This document shows, in pieces, positions 1 through 21,225 of a stretch of DNA of 64,000 bases. Within the stretch, counting starts at the first letter, position 1. Each line of letters opens with the position of its first letter. Origin of the DNA: the human T2T-CHM13v2.0 reference genome, Homo sapiens; assembly GCF_009914755.1 (NCBI RefSeq), contig NC_060930.1; one strand, given 5' to 3'. A program made the position numbers and the translations under genes. The notes beneath the pieces were generated by a model. The model searched no databases and was not told the origin of the DNA. It worked only from the letters and a program-made list of their open reading frames with translations.

Positions 1-327
<327 letters not shown>

Positions 328-2164
328 TGATTGGGGGGAATTAGTAATCCTAAATTTTAGATAATTCATCACACTTGCAAAGGCAATCCAGTCCAGTCAT
401 TCGTTAAATAGGCAATTTTCATTATTTTATCAAAATGCAATTGCAATTACAGTCCATCTCATTCTCCCCTTTTCTCTCTTAAAAAGTTTATTTCCACATA
501 CTATGCAGGTAATATTCCAATTTTAAATCTTTACTATTAGAATTGGAGAATGGATTGTCATCAATTTGTAAATGAAATGGCAATAATTCATCAGAGACAT
601 GAACGGAGACTTAATTTCTGAAAAGGCAGAAAGTATCAGCAAGAATCAACACCAGTGAATAAGGATATATATCCAATAAGAACAAGAAAAATTGTTAAAC
701 AAAATCAGTATAGATTAATGAAAACTATCTTGCTAAATTAAGGATATTGTTCTAGTGAAAAAAATAGACATTTGTAGTTAAGAAGGCTAAATTTCAACAT
801 CTTTTAATGCAAAAAAAACCTTAATATCAGCATAAGGTGATAAAATATGTAGGCATCCTAAGATTATAATTATAAAACCCAAGAACTTTTTTACTCACTC
901 ACTGAACGCTGCATAGCTCCAGAGACACAGAATATGGTATTCTTGTTCTTTGGCCCCATCTCTGATTTAGAAATGTTATCTATCATTAGTTTTGTTATTA
1001 ACCAAAATGCATTGCAACAATTTTCTAACTGTTCTATAAACAGTACTTTGCAGCTATAAAATATTCAAAATAAACTTTATATATAGTAATACCTACAAAA
1101 GGAATACCTTTTCCATTCCCCAAAATATTAATGCATTAACATTGCCAGGGGTTTGTATTTTCACTTGTCTACTTTTATAAAATGCCAAAACTATGCAAAT
1201 AATACAGATGCAATATAGTGGCTTAGCATCATGGTCTTTACCTAAGAGCATAATATGGTTTTCAAGGACATTTGACTCATACATAGAACCCAATGATTCA
1301 AGACATATTTTATACTGAATTCATTCAGAGCTGAAAATTTACAAATGATGAAAAACAAGTTCTAACTAGAATTCGCTTCTGTTTTATATAATATATACCT
1401 CCCCCCACCCTGATCTCATTTAATTTGTAGTAAAAAAAATTACATCAGGTTGGGGCAAAAAAAAAAAAAGATACTATAGAGGGATATTTATATTTTACAT
1501 ATTATTAACTTTAAAATGATCTGTTTTCTCATAGAGGAATAATATCATCTGAAACTATCTGGCTAAAAGTATTGGAATGATCTGACTGTAAAGATTTTAA
1601 TATTATTTGGTATATTACATTAAAAGGAATGATTATAACCATATAACTTACTCTTTTATATAGTATTTGAAAAAGAATATTTTACCAGGCAGAAAATCAA
1701 TTTCCTATCAGATAAGCAGAAATGTGATGGAGAAGGTAGTCAAGTAAGATACTGAAGCTATAAAAGACTAAATTTGAAGTAATCGCAGACTAAAAGGCTG
1801 TACATTTTTTAGTTATTTTTTTCAATTGTGAAAAAATAGGATGTAATGCTAACAATGCACACCTTTTATGTGCCATAAAAATGTAAAGTACCACTTGCTA
1901 AATGATGAAATAACTATAATAAAGGTGTCTACTTCATGAATAATATATATGGAAGTCTAACTCAAGAAGCTTTCTAACTGCAAACTTTTGCATACTCTAG
2001 AACATGAGTCAAATCAGAGGTTATTCCAAATATGAGTAAAAATTCCTAAATTTACTTTAGATTAGCCTGAACAAAAGTTTTAATGTCCAGTGACAGAGTC
2101 GAAGAGAGAGCTTGATAATGGAAAAAATACAGGAGAAAGAAATCCAGCATTGATTATTTACTTT

Positions 2165-2500
2165 TTCATTCAATAAATATTTATGTACTGCCTACTACTT
2201 AAGGCAAACAGCATCTTTGCTTCATAGAAATTACATTTTAGGGTAGTAGACTATACATAAATAAACTCACTGTAAGGTACAAATACTCTTAGAGAAATAA
2301 ACAAAGGTCCAGAGAGAGAAATAAGGAAGAGAAGAAATATATTTTAGATAAGGTGGAGATAACTTCTCTGAAGAAGTGACATTTAGACTAAGCTCAAAAG
2401 GTTTAAACAGGACACCCATGGGAAGAGTAGGAATTAGTATTCCAGGAAAAGGGAGTATCAAGAGCAAAGGATCAGAGGCATAAGCCTAATGTCTTTTAAG
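2165..2500 (-). mobile_element. L2 3' fragment (degraded)
   Basis: ttcattcaataaatattta tail motif followed by L2-like purine-rich sequence. Confidence 0.55.
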
Positions 2501-2509
2501 GAGTGAAGT

Positions 2510-3385
2510 TTGCAAAGCACTTATCTCAAAAGAAACTTATGTCTAGAATACATAAAGTGCTCTTACAACTCAATTATTAAAAAACAAATAACTCAATTAA
2601 AAATGGGCAAAGTGATGGAACAGTCACTCTCAAAGGAAGATACCAAATGGCCAAAAAGCACATGAAAAGTCTTCAGCAAAATACAAATCAAAATCACAAT
2701 GAGATACCACTTCATAGCCACTGGAATAGTTAGATCAAAAGGTCAGATGAAGAGATATAGAAAATAATTTATGTCAGCTGCTCAAATGATTAAACATAGA
2801 TTATCATATAATCCAGCGACTCCAATCCTAGGTATACTGAAGAGAAATGAAATGCATGTTCACACAGAAACTTATGCATGAATGTGTAGGAGTTCGGTCA
2901 GGGTGGTGGGAAAAGTTGTAAAAAAAAAAAGTTACAGGAAAGACACAAACCTTTTTAAAAAGCCGGAAGGTTTTGCAAAAGCTTTAGGAAAAGGTTATGG
3001 CTAAAGGCAGCCTAATCCTCTTACCTTTAGCTAATAGCAAAAAGCAAATAACAAGGGAATGTAGAGGAGTTTATCTAGATAGCTTGTTTACTTATGTTGT
3101 CCTAAAACCGACTTTTGATCATTCATGTGCAAGACTGCTCTCTACTCGAGGGGTCAACAATGTTTATTACCGAAAAATTGTGTTTGCTCCAAGCCTTTGT
3201 CATTAAATCTGTACTAAATAAATGCGAGCATCGCCAGCTTAGGGGGGCTGCAAACTCTTTTTGACCCCTAGTGCCGGCAGTCCCCTAGCCCGCTCTTTCA
3301 CTGGATACCTTTGTCTAAGTACTCCTTTCATCTGTCACTCAGCCAGTGTCTGCAGGGCAGACTTGGCATGAATGTTTATGCATAA
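2510..3385 (+). mobile_element. Old L1M ORF2 3' fragment interrupted by LTR22
   Basis: aaaaatgggcaaa...aaatggccaaaaagcacatgaaaa...aatgagataccac resembles the L1 ORF2 C-terminal region and resumes briefly after the LTR. Confidence 0.7.
2885..3368 (+). mobile_element. Solo LTR, LTR22 family (HERV-K22/HML-5)
   Basis: TG...CA termini, 484 bp, exact 6-bp TSD TGAATG (2879-2884 and 3369-3374; 6 bp is typical of ERVK), AATAAA near 3217; start TGTAGGAGTTCGGTCAGGGTGGTGGGAAAA resembles LTR22. Confidence 0.8.
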
Positions 3386-4265
3386 GATCAGAGAAAGGCA
3401 ATCTAATGCCAAGTGGCATGACTGCCAGTAACCTTGTGAGTCAGCGCCACTTCGGATGTTCTATTGGTCTCATTAGTAGCACTAGAAACATATAAAAAAT
3501 GACCAGAAAAATTACTCTCCTCTTTAAAGATAGCAGCCTCAACTGAGTAAATATACATCCAAAAGGTTTCTTGATAAAGATAGAAATTCCATGATAGTAA
3601 GATAAATAGGATATAGATGTAATTTAGAATGCTGATTATTTTATAGGTCATCCTGAATAAACATTATAAAAGTATTTTTAAGTAATAAAATGGATATAGG
3701 AAGCTAGATGGGGAAATAAGAACAACAAACATCTCATCTTCTTGAGATGTGTCTCTGTGATGCTTTCAATGACTGGAGTATGCTATCTAATTCCTCAAGC
3801 TATTTTTAATTTTCTATATGGAAGTTCTGAATTTCCCATACTCCTCTGAGAAAGAAGTCCTCATTCTGAGCATGCTGAAATGCAACATAGTAGAGTGGAC
3901 TAGCCAATGGGGTAATAACTCCCGGGAAATCTAATTTTAGCTCAGAAAAACAAAAACAAAAGAAATTAAATTACTATTTTACTACCTTCCTGTTCCATAC
4001 AGAAGGGAATTATGAGGCAATCTCCAGTAGTTCACCTTAACAGCTCCTAACATGCTAACTGGTACTTGCTTTTGACCATAGTATGACTATTCTTTTCCAC
4101 CCAATCTGCTTGCCTCTTCTTTGTCTTTTGCAGAGGCAGTAAGTTATAACACTAGTACATATAACTAGTGCTTATATTATAGTACTAGCTATAACATTAG
4201 TACCATAATATAAGTTACAACATTAGTACGTATTATACTACCTATCTATACCCTCAGGTAACAGA

Positions 4266-4312
4266 GAAATGATATTCTAAGTAGAAATGATATTCTAAGT
4301 AGATATTCTAAG
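4266..4312. repeat. Short tandem duplication of (a)gaaatgatattctaagt, about 2.7 copies
   Basis: Directly visible. Confidence 0.8.
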
Positions 4313-5369
4313 TGAATTTTTTGTGTGTGATGATCCATACATATACTCATATACATGTATTCAAGTGTACATATATACACATATGTATACATACATACAC
4401 AGAGAATGTATAGATCAATAGCTTTTAAATGGCCACTTACATTTTAATATGATGACCCTAAAAATGTTCATAAAGAAAAACAATTGAACCAGATGATGTC
4501 TCAAAATTCTTATTTATAGATGAAGAAGAATCATCTAATGGTTAACACTGATGCCAATGAGCTAACAAGAGGCAATCTAACAGATGAGATGCTAACTGTA
4601 GCAAACAGAATAAATCTAGAAGCTGGGAGACAAATGAAGAGGATGCCACCATGTGCACACAACCGAAGTGATTTTTTTCCCACAACAATGAAATTATATC
4701 CCAAAATTGTGCAGTGCAAATGATGACTAAACTAACACCTTACAAAATCTGTGAATCATTACATGTGAATCACAAAACAAGAATGGAAAGTAGATGACTC
4801 TTGCTGTTAAAATAACTTTGGTGTCTTAAATATTGCTACCTTAAGCATAGTATTTTTTAAAGTGCACTATTAATGTTTAGCTTTATTTAACGGTATTTAA
4901 CCAGACACATACCTGTTAGAAACACATTTAGCTCTATTTTTTTTTTCATTGAGTTCACAGAAAAAGCATCACTCTACTCTCTTAGGTACAAAATGAAGCT
5001 GGACATGCTTCTGACTTTCCCATTTTCTGCTAAGAGTATATGGTCAGTGACACAGATATCAGCAATATCAGAATGAGATATTATGAATTGACTAAATCCC
5101 TGTAAAAATATCTTCCTAGGCTATCTATTGCTGCCTAGATCATGCTGTCTTCCTTAACAAAACCACAATAATATCAGGATCACTCTTATTATGAGGAAGT
5201 ATCAGGTACTAGTTTCAAATTGGGAATAATGTCTTATTCAAACACTTGTGCTTTAGAAACAGAAAGAAAGTAAGAGTTCCTATCCAGTATGGTGGGAAAA
5301 TAAGCAATCAAATAAGGCTTAAGATAGTACTACACTCCCTAAAACAGAGCATATGCCAGTAAAGATGTC

Positions 5370-6360
5370 ACAAATGTGTTAGGCCTTGTAAGCTACAGGG
5401 AAGTCATTGAAGGATTTCGATTAGAAGAGTAATATGATCTAACCCATGTTTCAGCAGCATTCCTCTGGCTGCTGTGTTGAGAATAGACTAAACACTTGGC
5501 AGGACATTGCAGCAGGTAAGAAATGTGAGTGGTAGTAGATGAGTGAGAGTGGTTTTATTTTAGATATGTAAAGATTTGCTGACAGATTAGATGTGGGGTA
5601 TAAAGACAGAGACGAGTGCATGAATGCCGTTAGGTTTATTATCTGGAGAACTGGGAGCAAACAGTTGCCATTTCTGAAAGGGGAAAAAATGCCAAAGGAA
5701 CAAATTTTGGGGGAGTATTAAAAATTTATCTGAGACATGTTAAGTTTGATATATATATTCAACTTACTAGGAGAAATGTCAAGTAGACAGTTTAATACAT
5801 GAGATATGAGTTCAAGGCAAAGATAAGTATTAGAGATATAAATCTGAGAGCCATCAGCATATTGGATAGTATTTCAGTCATGAGATCCTCACAACAGTAA
5901 TGCAGCTAGAAAAAAAGAAGACAACTGAGAACTGACTATGGGGCATTCCAAAGTTTAAACGTTAGAGAGATGTGAAAGATCCAACAAATGAGACAAAAGA
6001 ATTCATCAGAGATGCAGGAGGAAAACCAAACAAGAGTATTTTCTGGAAGTCAAATGAAGAAATTGTTTCAAAAAAGAGGGCAGGTTTGAGTGATACTGCT
6101 AGGTAATGAGGACTGAGATCTTACCAGTGGGCTGAAAGCCGGTGGAGTATTAGGGTGAAAGCCTGATTAGCTTACAAGTGGGTCCAAGAGAGAATGGAAA
6201 GAGAGTAATGGGAATACTCAGCTAACTCCTTCAAGGAATTCTGAAGTAAAAGGCAGGCCAGAAGTGAGATTTTAGTGAGGGGAAAGTAGTCCAAGAGAAG
6301 ATATTTTAAATATAAGAGAATAAACACCATGCTTGTTGGCATATCAAAAAGATCAAGTAA
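5370..6360 (-). mobile_element. L2 fragment
   Basis: Typical L2 segments (ctctggctgctgtgttgagaatagac, gacatgttaagtttga, gagatataaatctgagagccatcagcat). Confidence 0.7.
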
Positions 6361-6409
6361 AGATGCTCCAAGCCAAAACATGATAATAAAGAGGAAGATC
6401 AGGCTTTAA

Positions 6410-6870
6410 AAAGAGAGAAATCCTATCATTTGTGACAACATGGATGAACCTTGAGGACACTGTGTTTGGTAAAATAACCCAGGCACAGAAAGAAAAACAC
6501 TCTATATAATCTCGCTTATGTGCAAACTGAAAAATTTAAACTCATAGAAATGGGGCATAGAATGGTTACCAGAAGCTGGAGGGCAGGGTATTGGGGGAGA
6601 TGGTCCAATGATACAAAATTTCAGTTAAATAAAAGGAATATGTTTTAAGATGTCTATTGTACAACATGGTGACTATGTTATTAACAATGTATTATATATT
6701 TGAAAATTGCCAAGAAAGTCATTTTAAATATTATCATCAGAAAAATAAGCATGTGAGATTATGCATATGTTAATTGGCTGAATTTAGCCATTCCACAATG
6801 TACACATATTTCAAAACATGTTGTACATGATAAATATATAGAATGCTTATCAATTAAAAAATAAATTAAT
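6410..6870 (+). mobile_element. L1MA-type 3' end
   Basis: acaacatggatgaaccttgaggac...ttagccattccacaatgtacacatatttcaaaacat with an A-rich tail. Confidence 0.75.
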
Positions 6871-7242
6871 TTTTAAAATTGCAGTGGTAAAAATCAGGTT
6901 CACTCAGGAGACTGGTGATAATATAGAAGTCCCTGGTCAAGGAGATCTACCTGAATAGGATTCAATAACAACCAGAAAAGGGTTAATGGATTAATGGTCT
7001 GTATAAAGTTGATGAAAAGTGATATTAAATGACTATATGATTTGCAGAGGTTAAAGAGTAGACATAGGGCAAGTAGAACAGATAGGTGTGGAGGCTCTAG
7101 CTGGAGAGAGAAAACAGTTTAAAGCCTTGAAAGTAAACAAAGCTGGGGTAGGCAAGATCAAAAGTGAGGCAATGCTAGTTGAAGACTGATGTGAAGGATG
7201 GATGCCTTCCATCATGCTATGCTATAGATGCTAAAAATCAAC

Positions 7243-7400
7243 TGTATTAGGGTTCTCCAAGAAACAGAACCAATAGAATTTGTACATATATAGAAGGAGA
7301 TTTATTATAAGTAACTGGCTCATGTGATTATAGAGGCTGATGAGTCCAAAATCTACAGTGTTGGCCAGTAGTCTGGAGATCCAGAAATAAGGGAGAAAAG
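7243..7400 (-). mobile_element. MLT2-like (ERVL) LTR fragment
   Basis: tgtattagggttctccaagaaacagaaccaatag...gctcatgtgattatagaggctga resembles a reversed MLT2 3' end. Confidence 0.6.
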
Positions 7401-8704
7401 AAAAAGGGAGAACTGCTAGAAGCAAAATCTTTCAGAAGAAACCAGATGGAATGTAGCGCACAAATGGAGAAATTGGTTTTCACAAGTCACACTGGCAGTT
7501 CCTTCATGATAATAATAGAAAGCCTAAATTGGCACCGATGTAGTTAAGTGAGTTGATATGCCTCAGGAACACATGGAAGCTCTTTATTGGCTATTTCTAT
7601 ATCATTGATAAAATAGGAAACATGGCTATTAACTAAACGAAGCATGGGGAAGGAGAAGAAGGTTTGAGAAGAGAGAAATTTTGAAAACAGTCATCTAGGA
7701 GACTAGAAAAGTAACCTGGAGACACACCATACTGGGTATACTGGCAGCAGTACATTCACGCCTAAGTCAGTCATCTGCAGTTATATTCTGGGTTACACAG
7801 AGAAACTATTATTACTCCTTTTCCTGAATCATAGATAAGGGGAGAAAATAAAATTATACTTCTCTGAGCACTGATTCCTAGGAACTAATAATATATTTTT
7901 CTACTCAAAAGTGTTCATTTAACCTAATTTTCTCATTTGTATTTTTTAAATTTTAGATTCAGGGGAAATATGTACAGGGTTGCTATATGGGTATATTGAG
8001 CGACAGTGAGGTTTGGGATACAGATGGTCCTGTCACCAGGGTGATGAGCACAGCAGCCAACAGCAGCTTTTCATCCCATGCTCCCCCTTCCTCCCTCCAT
8101 CACCCTATCTAGTAGTCCCTAGTGTATATTGTTTCTATCTTTATGTGTATGTGTTTTCAATGTTTAGCTCCCACTTATGAGAATATGCAGTATTTGGTTT
8201 TCTGTTCTTGCATTAATGCACTTAGAATAATGGCATCCAGCTGCATCCATGTTGCTGCAAAGGACATGATTTCATTCCTTTTTATGGCTGTGTAGTATTC
8301 CATGGTGAATATGCACCATATTCTCTTTATCCAATCCACAATTGTTGGGCACCTATGTTGATTCCATGTCTTTGCTATTGTGAATAGCTGCAATGAAAAC
8401 ACGAGTGCATGTGTGTTTTTGATAGAATGAGTTATTTCCTTTGGATATATAGTCAGTAGTGGGATTGCTAGGTTGAAGGGCAGTTCTGTTTTAAGTTCTT
8501 TGAGAAATCTCCAGAATGCTTTCCACAGTGGCTGAACTAATTTGCATTTGCACCAAAAGTGTGTAAGTGTTCTCTTTTCTCGGAAGCCCTGCCAACATCT
8601 GTTATTTTTTGACTTTTAAATTATTGCCATTCTGACTGGTGTGAGATGGTATCTGTTGATTTGGTTGCATTTATCTGATGATTAGTGATGGTGAGCATTT
8701 TTAA

Positions 8705-9009
<305 letters not shown>

Positions 9010-9109
9010 GTCTCATATTATTTTTGTAACTTGTATGTCTTTTTTTTTTTTTTTTTTGAGAAGTATCAGTCCATGTCCTTTGCCCATTTTTTAATTGGAA
9101 TATTTGTTT

Positions 9110-15582
<6,473 letters not shown>

Positions 15583-18500
15583 GATTATTTGTTTTTTACT
15601 TGTTGATTTGTTCAAGGCCCTGTTAGATTCTTGATATTAGCTCCCTACCTTACCATATACAAAAATTAACTCAAGATGGATTAATGATTTACATTTAAGA
15701 TCTCAAACTATAAAATTCCTAGAAGAAAATCTGGAAAACACCCTTCTCGACATAGGCTTTGGCAAAAAACTTATGGCTAAGTTCCCAAAAGCCATTGTAA
15801 CAAAAACAAAAATTGATAAGTGCAACCTAATTAAAGAGTTTCTGCACAGCAAAAGTAATTACCAACAGAGTAAACAGACAACCTGCAGAATAGGAGAAAA
15901 TGTTCACAAACTATTCATCTGAAAAAGGTCTAATAGTAAGTGTGTAGGCTTGTTTCTGGGTTCTCTATTCTGTTTTATTGGTCTATGTGTCTGTTTCTGC
16001 ACCAGTACCATGCCATGTTGGTTACTTTCACCTTATAGTATAGTTTGAAGTCAGGTAATGTGATGCCTCCAACTTTGTTGTTTTTACTTAGTATTGCTTT
16101 GGTATTCCAGCTCTTTTTTGGTTCCATATGAATTTCAGAATACATATTTCTAATTCTGTGAAAAATGATATTGGTATTTTAATAGGGATAGCACTGAATC
16201 TATAAATTGCTTTGGGAAGTATGGCCATTTTAACAATATTGATTCCTACAATCCATGAGCAGAAATATTCTTCCATTTATTCATGTCATCTCTGATTTCT
16301 TTCAGCAATGTTTGTAGTTCTCCTTGTAGAACTACTTCCCATCATTAGTTAGATGCATTCCTAGGCTTTACTGTGTGTGGGTGTGTGTGTGGCTATAGCA
16401 AATGGGATTATGTTCTTGATTTGGCTTTCAATCTATACTGTTGTATAGAAAAGCTGACTTTTGTTCATTGATTTTTTATCTTGAAATTTTACTGAAATCA
16501 TTTATCATTCCTAGGGTCCTTTTATTAGAATCCTAGGGTTTTCTATGTATAGAATTGTATCATCAGCAAGGGGAGATAGTTTAACTTCTTCTTTTCCTAT
16601 TTGGATGCTTTTTCTTTCTTTCTCTTGCCTAATTGTTCTAGCAAGCACTTTCAGTACTATGTTGAACAAGTGTAGTGAGAGTAGGCATAGTTGTCTTTTT
16701 TCAGTTCTCAAAGGGAATGATTCCACTTTTTACCCATTCAGTATAATGCTATGATGTTAGCTGTGGATTTGTCATAGATGGCTCTTATTATTTTGAGATA
16801 TGTTCCTTTATGCCTAGCCTATTGAGGGTTTTTATCATGAAGAGATGTTGGATTTTACTGAGGGCTTTTTCTGTGTCTATTGAAACGGTAATGTAGTTTT
16901 TGTTTTTTATTCTGTTTATGTGGTGAATCACATTCATTGATTTGCATATGATGAACCAACCTTGCATCTCAGGAATAAACTCTAACTTGTGGTGAATTAA
17001 CTTTTGCTGCTGGATAAAAATATGCTGCTGGATTTCATTTACTAGTATTTTGCTGAAATTTTTTTTGCCTATGTTCATCAAGAATATTTGGCCTAAAGTT
17101 TCTTTTTTTGTTGTCTCTGTCAGAGTTTGGTATCAGGATAATATTGGCTTTGTAAAATAAGTTATAAAGAAGCTCCTCCTCTTCAACTTTTTGGAATAGT
17201 TTCATAAGGATTGCTATCAGTTCTTTATACATCTAGTAGAATTCTGTATGAATCCATCTGGTCCCAGGCTTTTTTTTTTTGGTTGTTAGGCTTTGTATTA
17301 CTGATTCAGTTTTGAAATTTGTTATTGGTATGTTCAGAATTTTACTTTCTTCCTGGTTCAATCTTAGGATATTATGTTTTCAGGAACTTATCAATATCCT
17401 ATAGACTTTCTAATTTGTGTGCTTTGAAGTGTTCATAATAGTCTCTTTGTATTTTGATCTTTTGTATTTCTGTGGGATCAGTTGTAATGTCATTTTTGTC
17501 ATTTTTGACTGTGCTTATTTGGATCTTCTTTTTTTTTTCTTTGTTAATCCAGCTAGCAGTCTATCTATCTTGTTTTTCCTTTTGAAAAATCAATTATTGG
17601 TCTCACTTATCTTTTTTATGGATGTTTGTGTCACAATTTCATTCAGTTTTCTTTGATTTTAATTATTTATTTTCTTTTGCTAACTCTGGAGTCAGGTGGG
17701 TTTTTTTTCCATTTCCTCTAGGTATGATGTTAGATCATTAATTTAAGGTCTTTCTAACCTCTTGATGAAAGCCATAGGACTATAAACTTATCTCTTAGCA
17801 CAAATTTAGCTGCATCCCAAAGATGTTAGTAAGTTGCATCTCTACTTTGATTAGTTTCAAAGATTTTATTTCTGACTTAATTTCATTGTTCACTCAAGGG
17901 TTATAAAGAGCTAGTTGTTTAATTTCCATGTTTTTGTGTAGTTTTGAGAAATCTTCTTAGTATTAATTTCCATTTTTATGGCACTGTGGTCTGAGAGTGT
18001 GCTTGGCATCATTTTTAAAAATTCACTGAGATTTGTTTTATGGCCAAGCATATGGTCAATCACAGAATATGTTGCATGTGTAGAAGACAAGAATGTATAT
18101 TCTATCATTGTTAGGTGGAGTATTCTTTGGATACTTATTAGGTCTACTTCACCAAGTGTCAAGTTTAATTCCACAATATCTTTGTGGAATTTTCTGCCTC
18201 AGTGATCTGCCTAATGTTGTCAATGGGGTGTTGAAGTCCATCACTATAATTTAGGGGCTATATAAGTCTTTTCCAGTGTCAAGAAAAACTTGTTTTGTGA
18301 ATCTGAGTGCTCTAATGTTGAGTGCATACATATGTAGGATAGCTAAGTCTTCTTGTTTACTTGAACACTTTATCATTATGTTATGGCCTTCTTTATTCTT
18401 CCTGGTTGTTGTTGGTTAAAAGTCTATTTTATCTGATACAAGAACTGCAACACCTGCTCTTTTATGTTTTCCATTTGTGTGGTTGTTTTTCTCCATCCCT

Positions 18501-20615
18501 TTGAGCCTGTGAGTGCCATTACATGTGAGATGTGTCTCTTGAAGACAGCAGACAGTTGGGTCTTATCTTTTTATCCAGCTTGCCACTCTATGCTTTTTAA
18601 GTGGGGTGTTTAGGCCAGTTACATTCAGGGTATTAGTACTGATATGTGAGATTCTGATCCTGTCATTCGGTTGGCAGTTGGTTGTTTTATAGACTTGATG
18701 GTGTAATTCCTTTATACTGTCTGTGAGTTATGTGCTTTAGTGTGTCTTTGCGGTAGCAGGTTTTGATCTTCCATTTCCATGTTTAGCACTCTCTTAATGA
18801 CCTCTTGTAAGGCTGGTCTGGTAGTAATGAATTCCCTTAGTAGTTGCTTATCTGAGAAGGATTTTATATTTCCTTTACCCTGAAGCTGAGTTTGGTGGGA
18901 TATTAAATTCTTGGTTGAAATTTCTTTACCTTAAAAATGCTGAAAATAGGCCTCCAATCTCTTCTGGCTTTAAGGTTTCTGCTGAAAAGTCTGTTGCTAG
19001 CATGATGAGGTTCCCTTTGTAGGTGACCCAACCTTTCTCTCTAGCTGCCTTTAAGTTTTTTCTTTTGCAATGATTTTGGTAAATCTGATGATGATGTGCC
19101 TTGGGGATCGTCATCTTGTATAGTATCTTGCAAGTGATCTCTGTATTTCTTAAATTCTTGTGTCTACATCTCTAGCAAACTTGGGAAAATTTTGATGGAC
19201 TTCAAATGTTTTCCAAGTTACTTACACTCTCTCCTTCCCTCTCAAGAATGCAAATGAGTCATAGATTTGGTCTCTTTACATAATCTCATATTTCTTGGAA
19301 GTTTTGTCACTTTTAAAAATTATTTTTTCTTTGTGTCTGACTTAGTTGATTCAAGAACCAGTCTTCAAGCTTTGAGATTCTTTCCTTAGCTTGGTCTATT
19401 CTGCTATTAATACTTCTGACTATGCTTTAGGACTAATTATGAAATTCTTAAGGTGAATTATTCAATTCCAGAGGTTCAGTTTAGTTCTTTCTTGAAATGG
19501 TTATTTTTTCTTTTAGCTCCTGGATCATTGCACTGGATTCCTTGGATTTCTAGGACTGGGTTTCAACTTTCTCCTGGATCTCAATGATCTTCCTTACCAG
19601 CCAGATTCTGAATCCTAGGTCTGTCATTTCATTCCTTTCAATATGGTTAAGAACCACTGCTGGGAAACTAGTGCATTTGGTTGGAGGTAAGAGGACACTC
19701 CAGCTTTTTGAATTGCCATGTGGAGTGCTGGTGTTCCTTTAACTGTGAGGTAAGTTGAGTATACTCAGTTGGCTTTGTTTCTGGGTGCTTTCAGAGAGCT
19801 ACAACCCTATACAGAAACTTTATTTGTGGCTGAATTTTTGCCTTAAGTGTCACAGGCACTGTATACTGGCAAAATGTTTTTGGTGTTGTAATTTGGGCTT
19901 CTATCCAGTAGGTAGAGTTTAAGAGTGGTGGCCTGCAGATAGGCCATGTAGCTTCATCTTTCATCTTAGAATTCTCTAGCCTAAAAATTCTGTTTGAATT
20001 TTAGTGGCTCATAAGATAATGTCTAAACACCTGAGTTTGATCTCCACTGGTCTTATGGCTGGGCTTACATGTTCAGTCTTACTTCCTGTCACTCTTGCTG
20101 TCACATTCCAAATCTCAGACATTGTTCAACTACCACAGTTCTCTGACTATAACTTGCTTCTTCCAGCCCCTCTGCTTTTTCCTCTGCCAAAAAGAAAAAA
20201 TGCTCTTCTCTTACTCAGAAAATAAATATTTAAACTACATGCCTCATTATATACATATTCTTCTTTGGAAAAGTATCCTGCTTATGGACTATCCTAGCAG
20301 GCTATACATTTTTCTATTTAGTTCCCATCACATTGTACTGCTATACAATTATCTAATTATTTGAATGCATTCTGTAAGAGTTCATGACTCCACAAAGGTG
20401 GGAACCATAATCTTCACTAATTTCAGTTGTTGAGTATACAAGACCTGTGTATAGCACATAGCAGTTACTAAAAATTACTACTCTGTTGATACATACCTAG
20501 AATTAATTGCACAAATCAAAGACCATTACTTTTTTTTTAATCAAACAGCTGTTGCTACTGGACAGATCAGCTACAGCTTAGCAACAAGAAATAAGAATAA
20601 TTAGCCTCATACAAA

Positions 20616-20962
20616 TAGTCATGCATTGCTTAATATAATGAGAATACATTCTGAGAATTGCATCCTCAAGCAATTTTGTCACTTTGTGAACACTGTAGAG
20701 TGATCTTACACAAACCTAGAGGGTATAGTCTAACTCTACACCTAGGCTACACGGTGTAGCCTATTGCTCCTAGGCTACAAGTCTATACAGCATGTTACTG
20801 TACTGAATACTGTAGGCAATTATAGCACAATGGTATTGTGCATCTAAACATATTTAAAGATTTTAAAAGGTACAGTAAAAATGTGGTATAATAATCTTAT
20901 AAGACCACCTTTGTATACTTGGTCCATCATTAACCAAAATGTCATTATGCAGTGCATGACTG
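20616..20962 (+). mobile_element. Tigger3a/MER7A-like DNA transposon (TcMar-Tigger)
   Basis: Inverted ends tagtcatgca...tgcatgactg followed by TA; internal cctaggcta...tgttactgtactgaatactgtaggcaat. Confidence 0.8.
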
Positions 20963-21131
20963 TACCAAGTTAGTAAGAAACATGAGGAAAAAAATACAAA
21001 GAAATAGGCATAAATGCACACATGTATACATGCTAAATGCAGTCAATATTCATCTTCCTTAATATTTTCTTTTTTTCAAATTATAACAAAAGCTTTAAAA
21101 ATAATATGGCATTTGATGGTAAATATTTTAC

Positions 21132-21225
21132 CTTGTTTTATACCAGCATTTCTTGTAATGTCTGACAGATAGCAGTTTGGCAATGGATATGATGAAAACA
21201 TTGGCCAAGGATATGGATTATCACT
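21132..21225 (-). CDS. TBC1D32: Coding exon, 94 nt, phase 0/1: [31 protein letters not shown]
   Basis: Acceptor ttgcttcttttttag|AGTGAT, donor CAAG|gtaaaa; in frame with the preceding exon across an 845-nt intron; no further downstream exon found in this window. Confidence 0.88.

Noticed and set aside
1093-7425. Assorted 60-80 aa ORFs
   Set aside because: No recognisable homology or splice context; AT-rich intron and old repeats.
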